Shown: positions 12,190-24,800 of the stretch, in pieces
Numbering within the stretch: position 1 is the stretch's first letter
How the letters are laid out: the number at the start of each line of letters is the position of its first letter
Assembly: GCF_018977255.1 (NCBI RefSeq)
Contig: NW_024704755.1
Span: forward strand, 15,438,001 to 15,502,000
Length of the DNA: 64,000 bases
Direction: 5' to 3'
Origin: Callorhinchus milii
Lineage: Eukaryota
The notes under the pieces: generated by a model
Told to the model about the DNA's origin: nothing
Databases searched by the model: none
The model's input: the letters and a program-made list of their open reading frames with translations, nothing else
Made by a program: the position numbers and the translations under genes

Positions 12190-13854
12190 TGTGACCAATG
12201 GGTGAGACTCACCCTGAACCAGTGACTGGGTCCAATAAACATTTGCTGAGTGTTCAATGTGAAATATCTTGCAGGGTCATGTGACTTCCTGCGCCTGTGA
12301 TTCAGAGTTGAGTTGGATTTGATTTGCAAAGAGAGCTATGCCTTTCGATTTCAACTCGTATCACTCCTCAAATCAGCAACTAACGGGAATGTTAAATATA
12401 TCCATATTTTAGCCTTTGTGCTTTTCTGCGTTCTCGCATTAATTCCTATTTTTCATCCCATACATTCATGTTTATAATAAATATACAATAAATAACCACA
12501 TGACCGTAAAGCTGAAATACGCAGCTAAGGAAACTACATTCGCTTCAGTTTAACGTCAGGTTTAGACATTGAAAGCACATGGAGAACTGAAAAGATTTTT
12601 GAGCCAAACACAAAGATAGGATTTATTTAATGTTCAAAGGTATAAAGTTTGCTCTGGAACCTGAGCAGTTAATCATTGAATGCCTAACCATACTGACTTG
12701 AACCGGTCTCTACCATGTCCCTCGCACCCTCCGCTCCACCATCATAGGTCGCACTTTCAGCCACAACACCCTGAACCTCTGGAATACTCTCCCTCAATCT
12801 CTCCACCTTGGCCCCTCTCTTCCTTTTTCAAGACCTGCTGAAAACCTTCCTATTGAATCTTGCTTACAGATGCACAAGTCATTTTCACAAAATCAGTTGA
12901 ACTTGTTTATAAGCACGACAATTACAGAGTTTCCCCCTATAAACACAATACAATATGTAGTTTGTGATACCATCTGAATTAAAGTAGTAATTGTAAATAA
13001 GTTTAAATCATTTACACATGGCTGTTGGTGTCAAAGCACGTTGCAGGATTTATTGTGTGTTTTGTAGGCATAGTTGACAGCCTATTTGTGCACAGACTTG
13101 TCCCACCAACAGCTAAGAAATGAATGACCAATTTTACTGGTTGAATAGTTGGTTGTGACATCCAGAGAAACCCCTTCATTTTAGGAGTAATGCTAAGAAT
13201 TATTTAACCTAGATCTGAACGGGCAAAATGGATCTTGATTCAGTGTCTCATCTAAAGACCAAGAACAACAATTTGGAACCGCTCCTCAGATCGGCAGGAA
13301 GAAGGAGAGTTAAATATTGTCATTGTCTGTGTTTTTCTGTGTATTGCATTAATTCTTACTTTTCATAGAAAACAGTCACACTTATAATAAGCAACTATGT
13401 GACAGTAAAGCTGAAACACAGAGCTAAGGAAATGACATTGTCTTCAGTTTAATAATAATCCTTGTATTTGATATTGCGCCTCATCACATCATTGAGATGT
13501 CTCAAAGCGCTTCATAGAATAACTGTAACGTGAATTGACTGTACATTTGGTGGGCAAATCAATTAAAAAAAAAGTTACTTTGTTGTAACCTAAAACTGAT
13601 GATAAAAAAAAGTTTATGTTAGGGGAATTGAAGGAACCAAATGAAAAGACACGGCGTACATGACATGATCTTTAAGCCCTGTTGAATGTCTTTCCGTATT
13701 TTATTTAGTGCGATTCAAAATCATGAACACAAATCTGATGCTTTCAGTAACAAAACATTATGTATCACATTACAAAAATATTTAGTAAACATTTAAGTAC
13801 AGTACAGGTACAGTAAGGGAACCCTCGCTGTCTCTGACTCTGGCTCTGGTGGAC

Positions 13855-14030
13855 TGTGACACGCAAATGTGGATAATTTGATGTAGAGGTTGCTGTGACA
13901 CTGACTTCCTGTTTCCTTGGGTTTGTGAAATGTAGCTGGTGTGGTGAGTGCAACGTGAAACCACACGTCTACAGTAAAACTATGAAGACAGCAACACATC
14001 CTATTAATAGCAGAGAAAAGGCTAAACATA
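13855..14030. promoter_or_regulatory. Candidate distal enhancer module (IRF-Ets composite plus two RUNX sites)
   Basis: GAAAcaGGAA on the minus strand at 13906-13915, then TGTGGT and AACCACA. Homologous blocks lie 1.4-2.2 kb upstream of genes B (27300-27470) and D (52550-52690), and inverted at 32437-32605. Function is inferred from motifs only. Confidence 0.4.
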
Positions 14031-14034
14031 AAAA

Positions 14035-14345
14035 GTCCAGTTAACTCCCCATTGCCCCAAATCCCTTAATATACTGACCTAACAAATGTCTATCTACCTC
14101 TGTCTTGATACAGATACAACCTTTTGGGGGGGAGATTTCCAGATTTCCACTACCCTTTGGGTGAAAAACTGCCTCCTAATTTCACTTGTAAATGGCATAT
14201 CTCTAATTTTAAGATAATGTCCCCTTGTTCTGGAATCCCCTACCACAGCAAATAGTTTCAATGTATCTACCCTATCAAATCCCTTGATTATTTAAAAAAT
14301 GCCAATCAGATCACCCCTCAACCTTCTGAACTCAAGGCATTAGAG
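14035..14345 (-). mobile_element. CR1 LINE 3' fragment
   Basis: Reverse complement resembles the CR1 RT end (LEFRRLRGDLIGIF...GH..KI). Boundaries approximate. Confidence 0.55.
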
Positions 14346-14589
14346 AATAAAGAATAGGGAATAGGGAAGAGAGAATAGAGGAATGGAGTTATTAGTGTCA
14401 GAAGCAAACCAATCCGGTGGAGTATCACCTCTGATACTTGGCCTTTTGGCGAGAGCATGTGTGCAAACTTGTTTCTATATGCTACATATAGTTATTTTTT
14501 TTCCTCTTTTACTCCTTTGTTTTCTCAATGGCACACTATCGAACAAATTAATGTTTGATTCTGCTTTCTGACAGTACAATTGTATGTTG

Positions 14590-15690
14590 CTGGAAGGAAT
14601 CATGGCCTACTCCATGAAAAAAAAGCATCAGCACCCTCCTCTATAAAGCAGAAGGAGGAAAGGGAGCAAATTAAGAACTGGCAATTGATTTCACTGCTGA
14701 ATGTAGATTATGGTATGCTGGCAAGGAGATCTATAAACTGATTAGGCAATACTGCGGGGGCTGATCCACTCTGACCAGACCTGTGTCAAAGCAAACAGCT
14801 TTGGGTGTCTATATCCACAAATCACTAAAAACTAGTTCCCAGGTGCAAAAAGTAATCAAAGAGGCGAATGGACTGTTGCCCTTATCTCAAGGAGCCTGGA
14901 ATACAAAGGGTAAGAAATGATGTATCAGCTGTATAGAGCGTTAGTCAGATTCTGTCTGGAGACTGCATTCAGTTTTGTACACGACACCTTAGGAAAGATA
15001 TATTGGCCCTGGAGGAGATGTAGCACAGGTTCACCAGAATGTTACCAGGCCTAAAAAGGTTAAGGTACGAGGAAAGTCTGCACAAACTTGAATTGTATTC
15101 CCTTGACCTTAGAGGGTTGAACGGTGATTTGATTGAGGTATTTAAGATGATAAAGAGATTTGATAGGATAGATAGAGTGGAGCTATTTCCTCTGGTGGGG
15201 GATTCCCAAATAAGGGGGCATAGTCTTAAAATTATAAACTGGCCATTTAAGAGTGAAATCAGGAAACATTTTTTCACTCAAACGGTGGAAGAAATCAGGA
15301 ATTCTCTCCCCCAAAAACGCCCTGGATGCTGGATCCATTCAAGAGTAAGGTTGATAGATTTTGGTAGGTCAGGGTATCAAGGGATATGGGGAAAAAGCGG
15401 AAAATTGGAATTGACCAGATTAGTTGAGGTAGAGATCAGCCATGATCTAAATAAATGTCGGAACAGGCTCAAAGGGCTGAATGGCCTCCTCCTGTTCCTA
15501 TGTTCAATTCCAGGCTACAAGATCTCTAATCACTTCACCTATGTGCTGGAAAGGCGGTGCGGGGGTGGTTTGAAAATGTGACTGATCGTCTCAATCAGGA
15601 GAAAGCCTTTGACACAGTATCTCAAGACTGCACGTTCGATGTGCTCTCCACAATGAGCTGTGGGGAGGGAATATTCAGTTGGATTCGGCA
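14590..15690 (+). mobile_element. Tx1/L1-clade RT fragment interrupted by a CR1 3' fragment (about 14795-15505)
   Basis: 14590-14790: KNWQLISLLNVDYGMLAR...LIHSDQTC. 15545-15690: QEKAFDTVS..FDVLSTM..GEGIFSWI. The intervening ORF 15039-15581 is the CR1 RT C-terminus (YEESLHKLELYSLDLRGLNGDLIEVFK...RGHSLKI). Confidence 0.7.
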
Positions 15691-15851
15691 ATAATTTTCC
15701 AAAAGACAAGACATGTAACAAACTAATAAATGCAGTTATGGTTGAAACAGATGCAAAGAACATTGCAGCACAAGACTAATTTGGGACATCATTTGGTAAA
15801 TTGGAAAACTACATTTTAATATACACCAATGTCACTTTCTGCTCCTGTTGA

Positions 15852-18800
15852 TTACTTAGATCTTGGTTCCCTGCAGATAGCTGCTGCTGCTCCTCTGTGG
15901 TTTCTCACGTGGAGCTCTGCATACTCTGTATCCTTAACAGAACTTTTAGGTTTTCCTGTTTTTTTGGAGGGATGTAAATCCATAACATCACCTGACAGAC
16001 TGTTCCCGGCTGCCCTTTGCTTGGTCTGAAAAGTCAATATTTGAGAATTCAATTACATTAATTAGTTTCTCTAATTAGTCTTTAGATATCAGCTCGAATA
16101 TTTGCCAATTATTATTTGCAGCACCGCTTGCCACATAGTTCATTTGCTGAAGGCTCTGCTCCTCACAGAACTGACCTAAATAGAATCCAGCGGTCACAAT
16201 TCTGTTCCTTATTGGATTAGTTGCGCATCGAGAACAACCATGGGCTGGTAAAGAAAAGCGATAATCAGCCACGGTAGCAGTTGTTCAAGTGATCTGGGGA
16301 TAAGTATTTTTTATTGCTAAACAGTGGTGGCTTGCTGCCATCAATTCATAGACAAGGTCAGTGACACAGAAAGAAAAGATCAGTGGAGAAAGCAAGATTA
16401 ACCACAGAAATATACAAACTAGTCTATAATAAACAATGAAATGAGATTCACTGTATATAATGTAACAAGGAAAATTCTCAGATATACCTGGGCATACACA
16501 GTCTGCTCGCCTTGTTTTTTAGGTCTGGGAATTTTCTTGCCACAATTTAAATCTACTTCAGCATAGGTAACTGACTCATTCTGTGCTCCCTGTAAAACAG
16601 ATAGTGATAGATTGTTGGCTTCACTGGTCTGGAGATTGCTTGTTTACACATTAATCAAAATGCCCTTGAGAATAAATGTTTTCTCCTAAGTTTAAAATAT
16701 TTAACATTTCGCTTCCAACTATTTTACCAGTGAAAATCAACCAGTGTAGCAGTTGTTCATTGACCAACAGAAATATGGGATGTGCATTTCTGTTTATAAG
16801 TGATGTCCCAGTGCCTCATAGATTGACACACACATGTGGTCTTACACAAGAAAAATTACTATTTGACTATACAGTGACGGATTGTCATCATCATAACATG
16901 TCCCAGCACAGCATCAGAAAGTGAAGATTAGAGGACAAAGAAAGATTAACCACAAAAATGTACAAAGCATTTTACAGTAAACACTCTTTACCGAAGAAAG
17001 AAAATTCAGTTGGATAGAAAAGGTTTCTATTTTGATTTTGTGTTTCTCAGATGTACCTGGGCGTACACAGTCATCTCCTCTTGTCTTTTAGGACTTGGAG
17101 TTTTCTTGGAACTGGTTAAATTCAATGTAACATAAGCCACCGGCTCATTCTCTACTCTGCGCTTCGTCTATAAAAGAGAATGTGATCACAACACGAAAAA
17201 TACATGACATTTCTATTGCGCCATTCAAGCCGGGATGCCGTCCAAAAGCATTGATAGATTGTTGATTTCACTTTTCTGGAAATTTTTGTGGAAGTATTGA
17301 TTAGAAAGCCCTCGAGAATAAATATTTTCATTGAAGTTTACAATATTTAACATACAGCTTCCAAATATTTTGCAAGCAGTGTTACAGTTTTATTGATTAC
17401 TCTGTCATCAAATGCATGAAACTGGGTGCCTAAGGTTTTCAATAATGCATCGAGGCCACGTATTTGCACGTACAGAATATATTTTAAATGTTGTTATATT
17501 TTAATGGTGAACAATATCTTTCCATTACAAAAATTCTGTGTTCAGCTGAAACATCTGCTGAAATGAATTTAATAAATTTACCTGTTCTTCGCAATGGCCT
17601 GATCGGTTCTGGTTTTTGCGTGAGCCTTAGAAAGAAATTTAATAAGTAAAGAATTCACTCAATTTCCACATAAATAATTTCAAGTACATTTTGCTTAGAC
17701 TGAATAAAAAGTGAATCAAAGCCCTCAAACTGCCTGAGTCTGGTTTTAAAAAGGTATTCATCTTCCAGCAGAAAGCTGCCCTTTATTCAATATACACTCA
17801 TTAAAAACTGGATTAGAGTCACATAAGTCACATGATTACAACTTCTTAACACAAATCCAACAATCTCCTAAACTCTTATTCCTTCATACGTATTGCCATC
17901 CACGCTCTTATGCTCTGGAGCTTGCCCTGTTCTCTGGAACACCATCACTGAGTGCCTCCCATTCACTCTTTCCCGCGACTCCTTCAGAGAGTATAGATAA
18001 ATTGTGGTATGGAATATAAAATCGAAGAGGTAATGTTAAGATGAAAATTCATTCGTTAGACCAATTAGGATTGTTTACCCTGCTTCGGTTAGACATCAAG
18101 GAATGAATGGGGTGCCAAAGAGATTTACCAAGATGATACCAGGGGAGGTTGGTTTGCCCTATGAGCAGAGACTGGAGCAACTGGGACTTTTCCACTTGGA
18201 ACAAAGATTTGGGGGCGACCTGAGAGAGGTTTTCAAGATTATGAGGGGACTTGATAGCATCAATGCAGAATTTATTTCCAATGCTTAATATTTCAGTGAA
18301 GTCCTGTAGCTCAGTGGTTAGAGCACTCGCTTTGCAAGCGAGAGACCTGAGTTCAATTCCAGGCAGAGGGCGAAACCTTGGGCAAGTTTCCTTACACCAC
18401 ACGCCTAATAATAATCCCTCCAAAACCCAAAACAATAATAAATTGGTCATTTTCAATCTACGATTGTTTGTGGGACATTGCTGTGCGTAATTGGCTGCCG
18501 CGTTCGCCGACAAATATACAGTCAATTCACTTTACAGTGTGTTCTATGAAGCCCTTTGGGACATCCTCCCGACATGAAAAGCGCTATATCAAATGCAAGG
18601 ATTATTATTATTATTATTCAGTGGCAAGAAGGCAGTGGCTAAGATAGCTATAAAGTGGGAAATAGGGAGTAAGGAGATTTCTTTTCCACACACAGAGTAG
18701 TTAGGATATGGAATATACTGTTGGGTGTGATAGTTGAGGTGAAATGCACATTCACTTTCAAAAGGATACTGGAAGAAATAACTTAAAACGGGTTAACTGG

Positions 18801-21800
18801 AAGGGTAATGGGGAAAATCAGGTAAATTGGGTCTAGAAGCATTGCTCTTAAAAAGAGAATACAGACACAATGGATGGAATGGCACAATATGCATACTCCT
18901 GTGCTGTAGGTCTCTACCCAATTGAACATGTACCTCTTCGTCTTCAGTTTCAGAGGTCTTTCCTGTCCTCACCACTTAATTCCACCACCAGCTGGGGAGC
19001 CCATTCAAGCAGAGAAAATCACTTGGGGTGTTCCACAAGACATGAATAGTGCTATATAAATGTGAACTTACATTGTACCATTAAATGTTTCCCTATTTCC
19101 CTAAGTTAAATATTTCCCTTACTCCGTTGCTTCCCTGTTTAAAAAAGAATATAAACGTCTTTGTCACATTTTCCAGGAACATCTTGAAATTGTCATGAAT
19201 CTATCGCTGAGAAATCGTGTTTTACCATATTGGGAGCAGAATCCTAATTCTGAGTTCTACAGGTGCACTTCTCCTGATACCTGATGCTTTTCTCCAATTA
19301 TATGGACAATCTGGATTTTGCTACATCGGGCACAATTTCTAAGTTTGCTGATGAGACAAAAGTGAGGAAGATTGTAATTTTATTGAAGAGATATCAGACC
19401 CAGCAGATTGCACAGAGACAGAGACATGGCAGGTGAAACGGGTCATTTTGGGATGTGTAACCGGGTGGGTGGTATAATAGTGCGTTGTGAGTGAAAGTGG
19501 CCCAGGCGGAATCTGTATTTTCTAAAATAATAAATTTTCTAAAATAATAAATTTTCTAAAATAATACATTTTCTAAAATAATACATTTTCTAAAATTAAT
19601 TAATTATAGCGGTAAGTGGAAAATACGTTTGAATGAAAAGTGAATTCTTTAAAGAACAGACAGAGACACTATGGGCTGAATGGCCTTCTATGCTGTAAAT
19701 TTCTGTATTTCAATCACAACAGATTTCAGACTTTCTTTGCATGGAAATTTCCGATTAAACGTGCAGCTAATTATATATAGGGTGAGTTTCTGTGAGGACC
19801 TTTGCATTTGTGAATCAATGGCAACACATTAATCATTTGCGCAGCTTTACAGGATGTCAGGCTTTCTCTCATTGTCACCTCCAACCTATTAAATGAATTA
19901 GTCTGTTAAATTAAACATTTACGATTAAGTAAATAAAATAGGAATATATCTTACCTTTCCTTTTGTTTAATTGGCATTGTTTCCCAATGATGATCAAAAG
20001 CAGCAGAAATACCAGCCCTCCGCCAGCTGCACCTCCAGCGATCCATTTATAATCATCATTAGCTGCAAGAACAGCATAAGCTGAATGTGTTAGTGATCCC
20101 AGCAATGAGGTACAGCTTCAGTCACTGTGCAGTGCATCAGATTGGAGATGTTTCTCATCAGCGAGACTGAGAGTGGCAGCCAGTCACTGGGGGGCAAAGG
20201 CTACAGCAAATCAGAGAATCATAGACTCATAGAATGTTATGGCACAGAAGGAGGCCATTCGACCCATCGAGTCTGTGCCGGCTCTTTGACAGAGCAACTG
20301 ACTTTTATTAACCCCACTCACCAGCTTTCTCCCCATAACCCTGTAAACCTGTCTTCTCCAGATACAAATCTGCGCCATATAATATTACTTAGTGGAGATT
20401 ACCAAATGACGAAAATGTAATACCCAATTTGAAGGGACGTATTTACCACAGAATAAGAGCAAAATATTACATTCCGCGATTACAGAAGTACATTTGATGC
20501 CCTCGGTTCTGATTGAGCAGAGCCTAAGGATTTGAAACTTGTTAAATATATATTAACAGAGTGAGAGACGAACGATTAAATTCAAATAATGACATGTGAA
20601 TTTGAATGTTATTTTACAAATATTTGAATGTAGCATTCGGCAAGAAAACTATTGTGATTATCATTTTCTGTGTAAATAAATGTAAATATATTGCTCATGA
20701 CAATACAGCTAACAACAATTTTCTTTTGGAAATTACGTGCGTTGGAATCAGGAACGGTATTTAAATGAATATAAATACAACTTTCATCAATAAGGTGTTT
20801 AACAACAAAAGACAATAAGACAAGTAGGTTTCTTACCATCCAATTCCAATCCTGTGATGGTTTTCGGAACCCAACTGGCAACCGCTGGAGTCTGGAGGCT
20901 GACATGAGATACCAGACAGGTATAAACAGCCCCACTCTGTATAGGCTCTGTCTCTTCCATAGAGCTCGAAACTTCGTAAAGTCCTTTTGAATTATTTTCT
21001 TTAGAGAAATGTATCCCAGTTTTAACTTCACTCCCAGCTTTATTCCAGGTGAGCGTTACATCTCCCGGGTAAAACTCAGCCGTTTCGCACACAAGAGTCA
21101 GAGACTTTGATGAATCTCTTTCAGAATCTCTGGGGAATATCTTCAGTGGGGTTGGGGGGACTGTAGGGCAGACAGTGGGGTAGAATCACGTTACTTGTGA
21201 TCAGTTGGAAGATAAAACTTTATTCTCATTTGAATTGTATAATAACTGTTTCCTTGTAACATTATAATAATAATAATAATAATCCTTGCATTTGATATAC
21301 CGCTTTTCACGTCGGGAGGACGTCCCAAAGTGCTTCACAGAACACACAGTAAGGTGAATTGACTGGATATTTGTGGGCGAACGCGGCAGCCAATTGCGCA
21401 CAGCAATGTCCCACAAACAGTCGTAGATTGAAAATGACCAATTTTTTTTATTATTGTTTTTTGTTTTGGAGGGATTATTATTAGGCTCTGTGTGGAGTAA
21501 GGAAACTTGCCCAAGGTTTCGCCCTCTGCCTGGAATTGAACTCAGGTCTCTCACTTGCAAAGCGAGTGCTCTAACCTCTGAGCTACAGGACTTATATTAT
21601 AGCCAGAAATCTACTGCAAGAAAGCGATCTTGCAGTTTTAAAAAGTATATTTTGCTTGGAATGATGTGTTTAGTTGAGGGCACTACACCTTAAGAGATTT
21701 TCTAGCCTTGGAGGGGCTAAGGAACTGTGGGAGGACATAAATCTTAACACTGTGGCTGAGAGAAGTGATGTGGAAGCTTTCTCATCACATGGAATATTGT

Positions 21801-24800
21801 GAAGTTGTGGAATCGAGTCCAACAAGTGGCATTGGATGCAGATTTAGTCGAATATTTAAAAGCGAGATAGGTAATAGTTTTAAAGGATAGTTTGGAGAGT
21901 TGTGCATCAATTGGAATAAAAAGTACAACCGCTATTCTTGAGCAACAACAAGCTGCATTTATATATGAAGAAAAATGGAGATTCCACCACAAATAGAGAT
22001 ATAAACAAAATCTCCCTATTCACACCAACATTAATTTTGTTCCACAGTTTTCCTTTGAAAAAAATTAAATTTCCAAATAATTTGCAACAATTACAATAGG
22101 TACTTCAAAATAATTTGATGGCTGTTTGTGGGACATTGCTGTGTACAAAATGTTCAGGTTATCTAAAATGTTAACTTCTGCCTTTCGCAATATTATTAAT
22201 AATAATAATCCTTGCATTTGATGCAGCAACTTAGACGTTGTTGAGACGTCTCAAATCGCTGCACATAAAATATTGTGAAGTGGATTGATTGTGTATTTGA
22301 GGGCGAAATTCAGTAGTTTCAGTAAATCAGTAAATAGTGATTGCCTGGAGCATAGGTGCATGAGATTTTGAAGAATAATAATCCCGATAATAATTCTTAT
22401 CTTCCAGGTAGCTTTTCATGGCGAGAGGATTGTCTCAAGGCATTTCACGGGATAAAATGTAAAGTGTGGAGATTTTGGATTTTTGTAGGGAAACACAGCA
22501 GCCAGTTTTCCACACAGCAATGTACCACAAATAGTCATGAAGTGAATAACCAAATTTAACTGGGGGATTCATTAGCCAGAGCAGAGCGAGGAAGAATCTC
22601 TCTTCTCTTTTCAAATAGTACTGTCGAACCCAGTTGCGATGTGCGATTGCTCTTGATGACCTGAAGCTCAACACGGAGTCCGTGCGGTATTTACTTAGCA
22701 AGCTTTATTTCACATATATATATATATGGGGTGCAGGGCAGTAGCAATAACTTTCTTCTAGTGCTGCTCCCTACTCTGCACACCAAATGGGAGCAAGCAC
22801 CTCACCTTTATACAAAATCTTATCGGTATAAGGGGGACCCTCTAAACTGGTTACATTTCAACATAGTCTGCCTCGTGACAGGGTGTCTGCTTTAAGGAGA
22901 CAATCACTCTGTCCTTCATGATTAGATACATATAGAGAAAAACGACATTTAGAGAATGCGAAAATGCCGATGCTGCTAAACGTTATCTGAACCCAGAACC
23001 GATTCCAGACATGATTCCAGAATGCGGTACTTATACCAGACATCTGCTTATCTATCTTAAACAATACCAATCACGAGCATTCGTGACTAACTTCATGACA
23101 ACATATTTTTCACTTAAGGCCAGAGCCCCCTGGCCTCTTGCCCTTTAGTCTTTAATCCTCATGATTTGCTTAATTTGCCAACTTTGCAGAATGTGCTGAA
23201 TTCACCTTCCACAGTACCACGGGATCTTTAACATCTGTAGGATTCTGTAATTAATGCATTAAATAATATCTCAAATTTTATTTATGATGTTTATATAATT
23301 GAAACATATGATCATTCGCATATCAGGGGAATTGGTTGTGACAAGCATCAAAGAAGATCCTTTCTCAATGAGGAGAAACAAAAGACTGTTTATATACAAC
23401 AAACTGTTTTCATTTCTTATCAGTCATTTTGTCATGGAAAAATGGTCTGCAGTTGGAGAGAGCTCTGTTGCATTTGTTTTTACCAAGGAACCATCTTGGA
23501 AAAGACAAATAGATTAAAAGTCACCTAATCAACAGCATAAACGGAGATCAATTCCAAAGAGAAGGAAGAAAATTGGAATTTGGAGTCGAGAAACATATTC
23601 CAGCTTCTAAAGAATGAAGGTCAAGATTACGAGTTAAACATCTCCAAATGTACAATGATACTTGAATACTTTTAGGTGATATTGAACTGAAAGCCATACA
23701 GCAATACTTGGATAATTGTTGATTGAAAAATGTTTGGATTAAAATGGAAATTAAATTGGACATTGCTCCTCTATCTCTCCCGCAGCATTTGGTTTGGTCA
23801 ACTTAAATCGTTATGAACTGCATTATAACTGGATACGTGAGCATAATTGATGTATTTTTTAATTGCTTATATCCATTGTTAATCTGAATTAATAAACATT
23901 GATTAATTGTACAACATTGGTGTCAGTAGTTACTTCACCGCAGGGTCACAAATTTTAAATAACCCTTACATATCCACCTGAACAAGTATAAGGGACCTCG
24001 GTTTAACGTCTCAACCAAATAGCGGGAAGCGACAAATCAATCCTCTCACATTGCATTGAATTATCAATCTCAATACATTCGACCAGGATAGAATAACATA
24101 TCAGATAGAATAAAGTTCTAGTTACAGCGGTATGGAGGGAAATAAATGTTTGAAAGCATTGCTCAACGCAATTATTCAGCAACTCAGCTTCTCATTTTGA
24201 TATGTTCGTCGGCTCAGATCAATAAAATTACAAAGAATTTTTACAATAAAAAAACAATAATAAATTGGTCATTTTCAATCTACGACTGTTTGTGGGACAT
24301 TGCTGTGCGCAATTGGCTGCCACGTTCGCCCACAAATATACGGTCAATTCACTTTACAGTGTGTTCTGTGAAGCGTTTTGGGACGCCCTCCCGACGTGAA
24401 AAGCGCAATATCAAATGCAAGGATTATTATTATTATTATTAAAGGAACAAAACTTTGATTGAATAATATTCTGTTGTTCAATGTGTTCCCTCTCAATCAG
24501 AAGTTTGTCAGTTCAAGTCGAAGCTGTTCCTGTGTGCTTTGGAATCATATTTTTGTCTGAAAGTAGAGAATTTAACATCAATTTCACAATGTGGCAATAC
24601 TCACCTTTCAACATTCTCTGTCACTATTGTACTCACACTTACCGTGTACAGTTAAACGTGATCCAGTTCCATTTCCTACAGCTTTCCCCAGTTGGATTAC
24701 TGCACAGAGATAGACACCTGAGTCGTGGAAAGTCACGTTTAGGACCTGGAATGTTTGGGAATTGAATATTTTCCTGTTGTCAGGTTTTGTGTTTAAGTAT

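Noticed and set aside
19518-19600. 17-bp tandem repeat (ttttctaaaataataaa, about 5 copies)
   Set aside because: Intronic slippage expansion of a 2-copy motif present in gene D (about 47396-47425).
20799-21092. C1 ORFs as separate B7-H6/NCR3LG1-like ligand genes interleaved with NCR3 genes
   Set aside because: No separate leader or IgV exon precedes them, and no TM exon was found between V and C1. V and C1 join in phase 1 into one open frame (SRLTVH-VPPTPLKI).
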